Below, one piece after another: positions 1-9,699 of a DNA stretch of 64,000 nt. Location: contig CAWHTE010000005.1 in the NCBI GenBank assembly GCA_963832165.1, positions 96,001-160,000 on the forward strand, in the 5' to 3' direction. Source of the stretch: an uncultured delta proteobacterium. Lineage in GTDB: Bacteria; Myxococcota_A; UBA9160; SMWR01. The notes below the pieces were generated by a model. It worked only from the letters and a program-made list of their open reading frames with translations, made no database searches and was not told the origin of the DNA. The position numbers were made by a program, and so were the translations under genes. Every line of letters begins with the position of its first letter. Position 1 is the stretch's first letter.

Positions 1-984
1 GCCGAGCTCTTCTTCGGACTGCGCCGCGAAGACCGCGTCCTCGTTGCGCTCCCGCTCTTCCACTCGTTCGGGCTCGCGATCCTCTCGCTGCCCGCGCTCT
101 ACGCGGGCGCGACGGTCTACCTCGAGCCGCGCTTCGACGCCGCGCGCACGTGGCAGCGCGTGGCGTCCGAGCGGATCACGTTCCTGGGCGCCGTGCCCAC
201 GCAGCTCGCCGCGTTGCTCGCGGACCTCGAAGCGCGGGGCGACGCGACGCCGCCGCCTTCGCTGCGCTTCCTGTTCGGCGCGGGCGCTGCAGTGCCGGTC
301 GAACAGATCCGGGGCTTCGAGGCACGCGGGATCGTGCTGAAGCAGGGCTTCGGCCAGACCGAGACCTCGATTCTCTGTTGTCTCGACGCGAGCGATGCGA
401 TCCGCAAAGCGGGCAGCGTCGGGCGGCCCGTGTTCCACGCCGAGCTGCGCGTGGTGAGTCAGGCCGCGATCGACGGACCCGTCGAGAGCTGGGTCGATTG
501 CGCCGTGGGCGAGCCCGGCGAGATCGTCGTGCGCGGACCGATCACGATGCTCGGCTACTGGAACCGCCCCGACGAGACCGCCGCGACGCTGCGCGGCGAA
601 TGGCTGCGCACGGGCGACCTCGCCACACGCGACGACGAGGGCTTCCTCACGCTCGTCGGACGCGCGCGCGACATGTACATCTCGGGCGGCGAGAACGTCT
701 ACCCCGCGGAGGTCGAGGCCGCCTACGCGCAGCACCCCGCGGTGCGCGATATTGCGATCGTGGGCGTGCCCGACCCGCGCTGGGGCGAGGTCGGCCGCGC
801 ATTCGTCGTGCCACGCGACGGATGCGCAGTGGACGGCGAGGCGCTGCGCGCCTGGGGCGCCGAGCGCCTCGCCCGTTTCAAGCTGCCGCGCGACTTCGTC
901 GCGCTCGACACCCTGCCCCGCACCGAGACCGGCAAGGTTCAGAAGCACCGACTCTCGCAGGACGGGTCGGGCCGAAGGCCCTGA
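1..984 (+). CDS. Acyl-CoA synthetase / AMP-binding enzyme (FadD/MenE-like), 5'-truncated by window edge
   Basis: Frame is open from base 1 (AELFFGLRREDRVLVALPLFHSFGL). ANL motifs GFGQTET, GEWLRTGDLA, GRARDMYISGGENVYPAEVE, LPRTETGKVQK. Confidence 0.92.
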   Translation, partial: AELFFGLRREDRVLVALPLFHSFGLAILSLPALYAGATVYLEPRFDAARTWQRVASERITFLGAVPTQLAALLADLEARGDATPPPSLRFLFGAGAAVPVEQIRGFEARGIVLKQGFGQTETSILCCLDASDAIRKAGSVGRPVFHAELRVVSQAAIDGPVESWVDCAVGEPGEIVVRGPITMLGYWNRPDETAATLRGEWLRTGDLATRDDEGFLTLVGRARDMYISGGENVYPAEVEAAYAQHPAVRDIAIVGVPDPRWGEVGRAFVVPRDGCAVDGEALRAWGAERLARFKLPRDFVALDTLPRTETGKVQKHRLSQDGSGRRP

Positions 985-1005
985 CCCGCCGAAGCCGCGA
1001 CCTCC

Positions 1006-1590
1006 TCAGAACCGGAAGCGCAGCCCGATCACTTCCCACGAGTAGTAGAACGTGTCGTCGATCGGGTTGTCGTCGTGGATCCCCGCCGGGATCACGTTGA
1101 AGAGCATCTGGCTGCCCACCGCCACGGTCTCGTTGATGCGGAAGTCCACACCGAAGCCCGGGGAGAGCAGGAAGTGGGTGTCGTCGTCGTCGACGCCCTT
1201 GTAGACGTCTGCATCCCACCAGGAAAATCCGATTCCCAGATGAGCATACGGCTCGATGAATGAGACATCGGGGTCGATCAACTCGCCGAGGTCGGGCCAG
1301 TAGCGGGCAAAGAGCTGGGGTGAGACGATCGTGATGTCGTCGTCGATTCCCACTTCAGTGAGCAGACCCACCGACAACGGCTCCGCGACGCGGTAGTCGC
1401 CCTCGAAACCGAGCAGCAGCGAGGTCGGACTCGAGGTGAAGCCGAGGCCCGGCTTCAGCGAGAATGTTCCCTCATCGCGATAGCCATAGTCGCTGTTCGG
1501 CGTTTCCGCCGCGTACGGATCGTCCTGCGCCAATGCAGGAGCGGCGAGCAGCAACGCGATCACGAGCACACGTGTGGGTGAAAACCCCAT
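1006..1590 (-). CDS. Small outer-membrane beta-barrel protein
   Basis: Signal peptide (LVIALLLAAPALA), alternating beta-strand pattern (LLLGFEGDYRV, GFGVDFRI), C-terminal IGLRFRF with terminal Phe; GGAGG RBS upstream. Confidence 0.75.
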   Translation of the reverse strand: MGFSPTRVLVIALLLAAPALAQDDPYAAETPNSDYGYRDEGTFSLKPGLGFTSSPTSLLLGFEGDYRVAEPLSVGLLTEVGIDDDITIVSPQLFARYWPDLGELIDPDVSFIEPYAHLGIGFSWWDADVYKGVDDDDTHFLLSPGFGVDFRINETVAVGSQMLFNVIPAGIHDDNPIDDTFYYSWEVIGLRFRF

Positions 1591-1719
1591 TCGAACTTCC
1601 TCCTCTGTTCCCCGACGCTCGGGTAGGTAGCCACAGCGCGAGGCAGTCGCAACCCATGACGCACGATCGTGTCAGCCGTCACAAAACGGCGTTCTGTCGC
1701 GCCGACTCCGAAGGAGGAG

Positions 1720-1796
1720 TGGTAGCGGTGGTTGGACTCGAACCAACGACCTACGGCTTATGAAGCCGCCGCTCTAACCGACTGAGCTACACCGCC
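1720..1796 (-). tRNA. tRNA-Met (CAT), probably elongator
   Basis: Reverse complement GGCGGTGTAGCTCAGTCGGTTAGAGCGGCGGCTTCATAAGCCGTAGGTCGTTGGTTCGAGTCCAACCACCGCTACCA: 77 nt cloverleaf, anticodon loop TTCATAA, T-loop GTTCGAG, encoded CCA. Paired first base and no triple G-C anticodon stem argue against initiator; Ile2 not fully excluded. Confidence 0.95.
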
Positions 1797-1825
1797 CGAA
1801 AACGCGGCCGGGACGATACAACACA

Positions 1826-2467
1826 CTACGACTCTGGCGGAGGTATGGCCCCCTGTGCGGCTGTGCTCTCGCCCGGGCCACCCTTGAACACGGCCTTCTC
1901 GAGCGCCTCGAGCCGCCGGATCAGATCGCGGATCACGTCGGGCGACGGTCCTGCACTCGGTGCTGCGGCACTCGCGGGCGCGCCCGGCGGACCCGCACCG
2001 CTTGCGACCTTCGTATAGACGGCGACGCGATCCACGATCTCGTCGAGCTTCGGGATGATGTCGCCCATCGTGCCGCTCTGGATGAAGATGCGCCGTGCGG
2101 CGGCCGCCTCGGCTTCGCTCTTCACATCGAGCGGCAGGCAGTGCACGTCGAGGCTCGCGCCATCGCCGAACTGCGTGAACGCGCCGAAGATCAGATAGTC
2201 GCCGCCGCGCGCCTGGCCCCAGTCGAGCGCCTTCTTGAGCACCGTGGTGGCCGCGCCGGGATCCTCCACGCGTTCCACCTGCACGCGCCCGGTCTGCTCG
2301 AGGCGCGAAGAGATCATGTCGGTGATGCCGCGGCTCACGTAGCCGGGATTCGACGCCGCGGTGTGCACGACGATCGGCAGAATCACGATCCGCGTGCGAT
2401 CGGCCGCCGACGCGCTTCCGCTGAGCAGCAGCGCTCCCATGAGAGCCAGAACCTGCGCGACCCGCAT
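1826..2467 (-). CDS. Exported protein with CsgG/TolB-N-like alpha/beta domain
   Basis: Signal peptide ending SASA; pattern IVILPIVV...GITDMISSRL...DYLIFGAFTQFG...SLDVH resembles CsgG/TolB-N folds; Ala/Pro linker and short coiled-coil tail. Confidence 0.55.
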   Translation of the reverse strand: MRVAQVLALMGALLLSGSASAADRTRIVILPIVVHTAASNPGYVSRGITDMISSRLEQTGRVQVERVEDPGAATTVLKKALDWGQARGGDYLIFGAFTQFGDGASLDVHCLPLDVKSEAEAAAARRIFIQSGTMGDIIPKLDEIVDRVAVYTKVASGAGPPGAPASAAAPSAGPSPDVIRDLIRRLEALEKAVFKGGPGESTAAQGAIPPPES

Positions 2468-2485
2468 CAGGCGCGCGATACTAGC

Positions 2486-4155
2486 TCACTCGGCGTTCGG
2501 CTCGCGGGCGTCGAGCGGCAGACGCACCAGGAACGCCGCCCCGCGCCCCTCGCGGCTCGTCACCTCGATCGTGCCGCGGTGATCGGTCGCGATCCGGTGG
2601 CACACCATCAGGCCGAGGCCCGTGCCGGCGTCGGGGCCCTTCGTGGTGAAGAATGGATCGAAAATCAGCTCGAGGTGCTCGGGCTTGATGCCCGGGCCCC
2701 GTGTCTCGCACCTCGATCTCCACGCCGTTGCCGTCCGGGGCCGGGCCCGTGCGCACGATCACCTCACCCTCGGGCGGCGTGACCGAGAGCGCATTCAGCA
2801 CGAGATTCAGCACCACCTGGTGGATCTGATCGCGCGCTGCGACGATCTTGGGCGTCGCGGACTCCGCGCGCAGGATCAGGCCCACGCGGCCGAGTTCCGC
2901 CTCGCGGTGCAGCAGCGTCACGACTTCGCGCGCCACTTCGTCGGGCCCGAACGTCTCGTACGAGATCCCTCCAGCGCCGGCCTGCCCGAGCCGGCGCATC
3001 GTGCGCAGCAGCTCGCGGATGCGATCCACTTCCTTCACCGTCAGCGCGTGATACTCGCCCCAGAATTCGAGGTCGGCCTCGGCGCGCTTCGCGGGCGCCA
3101 TCGCGAGGAACGTGTTGATCGCCACGAGCGGATTGTTGATCTCGTGCGCGAGACCCGCGGCGAGCATGCCGAGCGATCCGAGCCGGTCGGCCCGCCGGAT
3201 CTGTTCGCGCGAGCGGCGCAGGTCTTCGACGAGGCGCGCGTTCTCCACCGCGATCGACGCCTGATTCGAGAGCCCCTCGATCAGCGTGATGTCGTCGGCA
3301 GTGAAGCGCCGGCCACCGCGGCGGTTGTCGACCGTGATCGCGCCCATCAGGCCGTCCTTGCCGAACAGCGGCGAGACGAGGATCTCGTCGGCCGCGACCT
3401 CCGATAGCCACTGCCGCACCACGTTCGAGTACTCGAGCAGGTGCTCGCCGCGCAGCGTGAGCGACATGCCGTCCTCGAGCCGCGAGACGAAGTCGTGCGC
3501 GTTCTCCACCGTGAACTTGAAGCGCTGCAGGCGCGAGGTCGATCTCGTCGGGCACCGAGGGAAGAACCCACTCGAGGGAGCGGTTCTTCGGGTTGCGCAG
3601 CAGGAGATTCGCGCCGTCGTAGCCGAGATCCCTGCGCATCGTGGCGAGGATCAACGCGAGCAGCCGATCGAGCTCGAGCTCGCGGTTGAGCATTCCCGAC
3701 ACGCGGTTCAGCACCGTGAGCTCGTTCAAGAGCTGCGAGCGCTCGCGATCGAGCGCGTAGGCCTCGATGCCGCGCAGCAGCGTGGCGCGCACGTCCTCGG
3801 GGTTCCACGGCTTCGGGATGAAGCGGTAGATCGACCCGTTGTTGATCGCGTCCTGGAGCGTTGCTGCATCGCCGTAGGCCGTGACCATGATCCGGATCGT
3901 CTTCGGATCGATCTGGGCCGCGCGCGCGAGGAACTCGGTGCCGGTCATGCCGGGCATCCGGTGGTCCGAGATCACCACCGCCACGGGCTGGGTGTTGATG
4001 ATCTCGAGGCCCGCTTCGCCGCTCGTGGCGGTGACGATGGAGAACTCGCGCCGGAACGTGAGCTCGAAGATGCGCAGGTTCTCGGGCTCGTCGTCGACAT
4101 AAAGGATCGGATACTCGCGCGGCTCGCGGAGCATCTCGGGGTTAGGCCGCATCAC
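2486..4155 (-). CDS. REC-GAF-HisKA-HATPase hybrid signalling protein (PhcR-like position); two apparent frameshifts near 3540 and 2692
   Basis: REC (ILYVDDE, VVISDHRMPGMTG, FIPKPW) in ORF 2764..4155. GAF end and H-box (LAHEINNPL) plus N-box in ORF 2481..3509. Removing one G near 2692 restores [32 protein letters not shown], ending in TGA at 2486-2488. Confidence 0.85.
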
Positions 4156-7021
4156 GCCCCTCGCCGTTCGAGCCGGGGTGATCCGGCAGCGGGAAGCGCA
4201 TCACCACGCGGGCGCCTTCGCCGTGGACCGAGCCGATATCGAGCGATCCGCCGTGCTCTTCCATGATCCGCCGGCTGATCGAGAGCCCGAGCCCTGAGCC
4301 CCGGCCGACCTTCGTGGTGACGAACGGCTCGAACAGCCGGTCGCGCACCTCGGGTGCCACGCCCGGACCGTCGTCCCGGATCTCCACGAGCACGGCGCCC
4401 TCCTCGGTGCGGGCCGTCACCCAGACGGATCCGGCCCCGCGCTCGGATTGTTCGAATGACTCGACCGCATTCTTGAGCAAGTTCAGGAAAACCTGGTTCA
4501 GGGCGCGCACATCGCCGCGGATCTGCGGGAGCCCCTCGGGGATATCCGCATGGATCTGGACCCCAGCCGACGTCAGCGTGTGACCCATCAGGCGCAGCGT
4601 CGTGCGCAGTCCGCGCGCCAGGTCGACCGGCCCCCGGTCGCGGGACCCCGGTGCAGCGAAGTCGCGCAGGTCGCCCACGAGCGCCGCCGTGCGGTCGAGC
4701 CCCTCGGTGACGATGTCGGTGAGCTCGGTGAGCGTGGCCGCGCTCTCGTCGAAGCCGAGCTTCGTGCGCAGCGCCTCGAGTGCATCGATCTGGCGGCGCA
4801 TCGCATCGGTGTCGCCCGGGTCGATCGCAGCCACCTGCTCGGCCACCTTGCGCACGTCAGCGACCACCGCGCGCAGCGTGCGGGCCGCGTTCATCGCGAA
4901 GTTCACGGGGTTGTTGATCTCGTGGGCGACGCCGGCCGCGAGTTCACCCACGGCCGCGAGCCGTTCTGCGTGGACGAGCTGAGCGCCGGCCTGCTTGAGC
5001 TCCTCCATCGTGGCCATGAGCTCTTCGTTCGTGGTCTCGAGCAGCGAGTTGCGCACCGCGAGCTCCTGCTGCGCGTGGCGCAGCCGGACGAGGGATCGCA
5101 CGCGTGCGAGCAGCTCGCGCGGATGGAACGGCTTGGTGACGTAGTCGTCCGCGCCGTGCTCGAGCCCCTGGATCTTCATCTCGCGCTCGGCCTTCGAGGT
5201 GACGAGCACCACGGGCACGCTCGCGAGCGCCGGGTCGCGCTTGATCTCCGCGCAAAGCTCGATACCCGTCATCTCGGGCATCATTACGTCGGTGAGCACG
5301 AGGTCGGGCGCATGCGCGCGCGCGGCCTCGAGGCCCTCGCGTCCGTTGCGCGCCACGCGCACGCGGAACTCCTGTCCCACCAGGTGGTGGAGCAGGCGCC
5401 GCATGTCGACGTTGTCCTCCACCAGCAGCACCTCGGGCGTACCGGGCGGATGGTCGGGATAGTTCGGCCGCGTCTTGCGCTTCCACTGCCCTTCCGCGCG
5501 CTCGACGTTCCGCTCGAGCTCCACGTACTTCATCTGTTCCCGCAGATGGCCATCATCGCTGGCATCGCTGTCGGTGCCTTCGCTCGCCTCGCCGTCGGGC
5601 TCGTCCTGGCGGAGCTCCGCTTCCATTCCCGCAATCGCGCTGCGCAGTGCCGGTGAGAGCTCTGCCGCATCGATCGCCTCGGACACCGCGTCTTCTGCCG
5701 CGTCGCTCTCGCCTGCGGGCAGCACCACGTGGATCTGCGCGCCATGTCCGAGCCCGTGGCTCTCCGCCCAGACGCGCCCACCGTGCAGCTCCACGAGCTC
5801 CTTCACGAGCGCGAGCCCGATCCCCGTGCCTTCGTATCGGCGCGTGTTCGAGCCATCGACCTGCGCAAAGCGGTCGAAGATGCGCTCGAGCTGGTTCGGC
5901 GGGATCCCCGCGCCGGTGTCCGCCACGACGATGTGTACACCGCCTTTCCCTTCGTGCACACCGTGCACCCGGATCGCGCCGCCACCGTCGGTGAACTTCA
6001 GCGCGTTGCCGAGCAGATTGACGAGGATCTTCTCGAACGCCTCGGGATCGGCGTGGATCTCGGGCAGCTCCTCGAGCCCCTCCACTTCGAGCCGCACGCC
6101 TTTTCGTTCCGCGAGCGGACGCGCGCCCGAGATGATCCCCTCGCACACCTCCGCGAGCCGCACGGGCCGCCGCCGCACCTGGAGCTGTTGGCTCTCGATC
6201 TTCGCGAGGTCGAGCAGGTTGTTGATCAGCTTGAGCAGCCGAAGCCCGTTGCTCTGCACGGTTTCCAGATAGCTTTGCTGCATCGGGTTGAGCTCGCCGA
6301 ACTCTCCACCCAGCATCGCCTCTACCGGTGCCAGCGTGAGCGTGAGCGGAGTGCGCAGCTCGTGGTGGATGTTCGCCGTGAAGCGCGACTTCGCGGCGTC
6401 GAGCTCTTTCAGCTCGTCGCGCGCGCGCTCGATCTCGCGGCGCTGCAGGAAGTCGGAGAAGCGCATGCGATCCAAAAGAGCGCAGGCGACAACACTCTCT
6501 GCACCCGCCGCAAGTGGAAACGCCAAAGCGAGCAAATAGGCGTGCCAGCTTAGAGCAGCAGACTCAGTAATCGGAAGTGCACCTAACCCCACAACAAGTA
6601 CAGCAACGATTCCGGCCGCTTGCATTGCTGTAAGCGGAAGCAATACGGGCATTCCCAGGAACAGCAGCATCAGGCCCGGCGTGTATTGCCCACCGGCCCC
6701 TCCCACAACCCCAATTACTTCCAGCAGCATCCATCCCGCGCAGAGCACGCCAACGATGCAAGACGCCTTGGGGTATCGGCTTGCTGTAAATGTGGCGATC
6801 GCAATCATTACAAGATCGCAGGCGACTCGTACCCAAAGCATGCGCAGGAACAGTTCTCGAAAGACGAACCAATCCAATGCCATGAACGCCGTGGTAAATG
6901 CGGCGACGATAAGCGCACCGTTCCGCGTCGCTCGCGGCAGTTCCGCTAGCTCAACGTGCGCGCGATATTCGGCGTAGGCGGATCTGGCCTGGCGGTCGAT
7001 GATACCCATCGCCTCCGCCAA
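4142..7021 (-). CDS. Membrane hybrid sensor kinase: multi-TM sensor, HisKA-HATPase, REC, second HisKA-HATPase
   Basis: About 5-6 hydrophobic segments in the first ~185 aa; NIHHELRTPL, NLLGNALKF, DTGAGI, GTGIGL; REC (LLVEDN, DLVLTDVMMP, YVTKPF); second AHEINNP, NLLKNA, DDGPG, GSGLGL. Confidence 0.93.
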   Translation of the reverse strand: MAEAMGIIDRQARSAYAEYRAHVELAELPRATRNGALIVAAFTTAFMALDWFVFRELFLRMLWVRVACDLVMIAIATFTASRYPKASCIVGVLCAGWMLLEVIGVVGGAGGQYTPGLMLLFLGMPVLLPLTAMQAAGIVAVLVVGLGALPITESAALSWHAYLLALAFPLAAGAESVVACALLDRMRFSDFLQRREIERARDELKELDAAKSRFTANIHHELRTPLTLTLAPVEAMLGGEFGELNPMQQSYLETVQSNGLRLLKLINNLLDLAKIESQQLQVRRRPVRLAEVCEGIISGARPLAERKGVRLEVEGLEELPEIHADPEAFEKILVNLLGNALKFTDGGGAIRVHGVHEGKGGVHIVVADTGAGIPPNQLERIFDRFAQVDGSNTRRYEGTGIGLALVKELVELHGGRVWAESHGLGHGAQIHVVLPAGESDAAEDAVSEAIDAAELSPALRSAIAGMEAELRQDEPDGEASEGTDSDASDDGHLREQMKYVELERNVERAEGQWKRKTRPNYPDHPPGTPEVLLVEDNVDMRRLLHHLVGQEFRVRVARNGREGLEAARAHAPDLVLTDVMMPEMTGIELCAEIKRDPALASVPVVLVTSKAEREMKIQGLEHGADDYVTKPFHPRELLARVRSLVRLRHAQQELAVRNSLLETTNEELMATMEELKQAGAQLVHAERLAAVGELAAGVAHEINNPVNFAMNAARTLRAVVADVRKVAEQVAAIDPGDTDAMRRQIDALEALRTKLGFDESAATLTELTDIVTEGLDRTAALVGDLRDFAAPGSRDRGPVDLARGLRTTLRLMGHTLTSAGVQIHADIPEGLPQIRGDVRALNQVFLNLLKNAVESFEQSERGAGSVWVTARTEEGAVLVEIRDDGPGVAPEVRDRLFEPFVTTKVGRGSGLGLSISRRIMEEHGGSLDIGSVHGEGARVVMRFPLPDHPGSNGEGRDAA

Positions 7022-7087
7022 TCGACCAATCGCGACTAATACTTAAGCCACGCTTCTGCGCGTGGCTCGCACGCGCACGGAGCCAGT

Positions 7088-9556
7088 CTACGGCCGGCGT
7101 GCGCTTACGATCACTGCTTGAGGGGGGTCGCCAAACCCTTGCCCCGCCTGGACTTCTACGAATCCCGCGTTCGCGACAGCAAAGCGAAGCTCCGATTCCT
7201 CCCAAAACCGGAAGCGCCCACTCTCCTCAAGATCAAGTAGCCGCGAACCATCGTTCAGAAAGTCACGCACAAGAGAATCAAAGGAGCTATCAACCGCCCT
7301 GCCGAGCAAAGTTCGGGCCTCAGGAGTCGCGTACTCGAGAAGGCCATCGTGGAAAAGCATCGTCGCGTCCGCATCCTGCACCATTGACGATAGAACTACG
7401 CGCCCACCAGGCATGAGAACTCGGTAGATCTCGCGAAGCAGCCGCTCAGGGCTCTCTACGTAGCTGATCAGCAGAGATGCGATTACTGCGTTGATTGACC
7501 CACTGGCGAGCGGAATCGCCATTCCTCTTCGGAGATCTAGGTTGCCAACACATTGCGTCGTCAAAACTTCACATTGCTCTTGTGTTGGATCCCTCCGCGA
7601 CCTAGCGCGAATCAGTGCATCCCGAACGAAATCGACCTCGATCACCTTGGCTCGTTTAGGCCCGAGGCCTCCGCGTAGACCTACGGAGAACTCGCCCGTC
7701 CCGGCTCCGAGATCCGCAACCCGCTGACCTTCTGCAAGCTGAAGCATCCGGACCTGCGCTTCCATGAAGTTTCGATAGGCGGCTGTTGCCGTAAGCAACT
7801 CCATACCTACGATACGACTTCGACCCAGCAGGTAATCCGCCCAGAACGCTCTCACATCAGGCTGCGCCAACGGGATTCTCGCCAGCTCCGCAGCGCGGGC
7901 GGCGGCAACGCGGGTGACTCGAGGCAGAACGCCGCTCTTCCGCTCGCCCAACGCCATCTCGCTGACCTCTTCCGCGATCAACTGAAATGTCGCAAGAGCC
8001 TTGTGCCCACTCCGCAGCTGGTGGCCAGTCGGAACTTCGATAATCCGCCTAGTCTCCGTGGGCCCGCACGACATGATCTCAATCACGCGGTTGAGATCCA
8101 TCCAGGCATCGTGTCGCCCGTGGATCCACGTGATCGGAATCTCGATGTGCGCCATTTCTCTCCGGGCGTCTTCCAGGAAGCCAATTCCGTTCTCTATCGC
8201 GTCCAAGCCCGTGTAGTCCATGTCAGCGACGACACCGGCTAGTTCGTGTCGACCAAATTTCATTCCTTGAAGCAGGCCACTTCCGAAGTCAATCCCACCG
8301 GAAATTGTCCTGAGCGCGGAATGCAAGTCAGCCATTCCGACGATTGAAACCCATCCGGAGACCCTATGATCGCGGGCGAGAGCATGCCTTGCTTCGACCG
8401 CGGCAAGGCTGAAAGTGACAAGGATGATCTTCCTTGGGGCCCGCGCTTGGTCGCTCAACAAGTAATCGACGGTTGCTGAGATATCCCGAGCCGCCTGCGA
8501 GAAGGTAAAGCGGAGATATTCGTCACCGGGCTGACGACAGTCTTGGTCAATGTGGGACTCTCCGCGCCGGTTAGTCCCGTCGAATCGAATTACCCGAATC
8601 GGCTCCCCGAGTCTTCGGAACGACTCCACGAGCGTCATCGCTAAAGGAAGCATCGTTTCCTTGGTGCGCCCCCACGCGGGTGGAATTATCACGCCAACAC
8701 CGTTCGAGTGCGCCCCCCATCTGTTCTCAATCGCACGAATTGACTCGCCTCGCTCGTTCTCGTACTCGACGACGTGCACCCGGTGCCGTCGCCTGTTAAT
8801 CGCGAAGCCCGCTTTCAGAGCAAGTGCGCTAACGCCCGCACGCGCAAGCTGCATCGTTTCGCGAACTGTCGGGCCACGACCGAGAATCTGATCTCGGCGG
8901 TCAACGTTGAGTAGCTCGCTCGTTGGGACGCTGCTTACTGACAGACCAACCTTCAACCATCCGGGCCGAGTGCTATCGGCGGTCCGATGACGGACGCGTC
9001 CAAATGCCGGCTCTCCCTCGTGACCAACTCGGAGCTCGATTTCGAGAGGAAGGCTCTCCGCCAAAGCCTGAGGCATCCGAATCCCAATGCCATGACGTGT
9101 CCGGTCCATCACCTCGACTTCGGACCATCTGCTTGGGGTTCCGCTCTGAATCATTACCCGGCGCGGATCCGCGTGACTCCGTCCGAGATCACGCCGCTCG
9201 GCGCGATAGACGGACCGGGGAATCGTTGCTCGCAGCGTTCGCGCTCCCACTGCGGAGACGGCTGAACATGCGAAGAAATACTGGGTACCGGCAAGCTCGA
9301 GGCTAAAGAAGAGCTGGGAGTTGGCATGTAGGCTGATGTTCGTCACGGCGAGCAACAGCGCGTTCAAATCGACGTGGAGAATCCTCGCTGTTCGGTCAAT
9401 CCCTGCGTTCAGCACACTTCCTTCTTGCGCTGCACGTTCCAGGATCGCCCGCACTTCGGTGGGATTCGAAATAGAATCCCGGTGGAGCGCTCCAAAGGTC
9501 TCGCTCGCAATGCGATCGAGTCTCTTCGTCGTCTCACCGCCTCTATGCGGCGACAT
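7088..9556 (-). CDS. Fusion protein: PilZ-type region + LuxD-like alpha/beta-hydrolase (acyl-ACP thioesterase) + class I SAM methyltransferase
   Basis: PilZ motifs RRDLGR (RxxxR) and DRTRHG (DxS/TxxG). Hydrolase: IRFDGTNRRGES, nucleophile elbow VTFSLAA, GRHDAW, TGHQL. Methyltransferase: VADLGAGTG, IEVDF, IPLASGSINAV, EIYRVLMPGGRVV. Confidence 0.8.
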   Translation of the reverse strand: MSPHRGGETTKRLDRIASETFGALHRDSISNPTEVRAILERAAQEGSVLNAGIDRTARILHVDLNALLLAVTNISLHANSQLFFSLELAGTQYFFACSAVSAVGARTLRATIPRSVYRAERRDLGRSHADPRRVMIQSGTPSRWSEVEVMDRTRHGIGIRMPQALAESLPLEIELRVGHEGEPAFGRVRHRTADSTRPGWLKVGLSVSSVPTSELLNVDRRDQILGRGPTVRETMQLARAGVSALALKAGFAINRRRHRVHVVEYENERGESIRAIENRWGAHSNGVGVIIPPAWGRTKETMLPLAMTLVESFRRLGEPIRVIRFDGTNRRGESHIDQDCRQPGDEYLRFTFSQAARDISATVDYLLSDQARAPRKIILVTFSLAAVEARHALARDHRVSGWVSIVGMADLHSALRTISGGIDFGSGLLQGMKFGRHELAGVVADMDYTGLDAIENGIGFLEDARREMAHIEIPITWIHGRHDAWMDLNRVIEIMSCGPTETRRIIEVPTGHQLRSGHKALATFQLIAEEVSEMALGERKSGVLPRVTRVAAARAAELARIPLAQPDVRAFWADYLLGRSRIVGMELLTATAAYRNFMEAQVRMLQLAEGQRVADLGAGTGEFSVGLRGGLGPKRAKVIEVDFVRDALIRARSRRDPTQEQCEVLTTQCVGNLDLRRGMAIPLASGSINAVIASLLISYVESPERLLREIYRVLMPGGRVVLSSMVQDADATMLFHDGLLEYATPEARTLLGRAVDSSFDSLVRDFLNDGSRLLDLEESGRFRFWEESELRFAVANAGFVEVQAGQGFGDPPQAVIVSARRP

Positions 9557-9699
9557 TCGTTCCTACCGCATCGTCTTGGCGAGAGACTGTCCGGGATCCC
9601 CGTACATGGCGGCCCATATATTCTCACGGCGGGGGGCCGGAAACGGTCTCTTTATACTACGCCCGTCTGAGCTTTCCAAGGCATCGGCGTCGGATCCCG

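Noticed and set aside
1720..1796. tRNA-Met as integration site for the low-GC segment
   Set aside because: The segment lies about 4.7 kb away on the tRNA's 5' side; no integrase and no duplicated tRNA 3' end were seen.
2692..3540. Programmed frameshifting in the REC-GAF-kinase
   Set aside because: No slippery heptamer is evident, and similar single-G indels recur in unrelated genes, which points to sequence error.
7088..9556. Bioluminescence (lux) operon suggested by the LuxD-like domain and an LLM gene
   Set aside because: No luxC, luxE or luxAB pair; the LLM gene at 24.5-25.4 kb is a generic family member in an unrelated operon.
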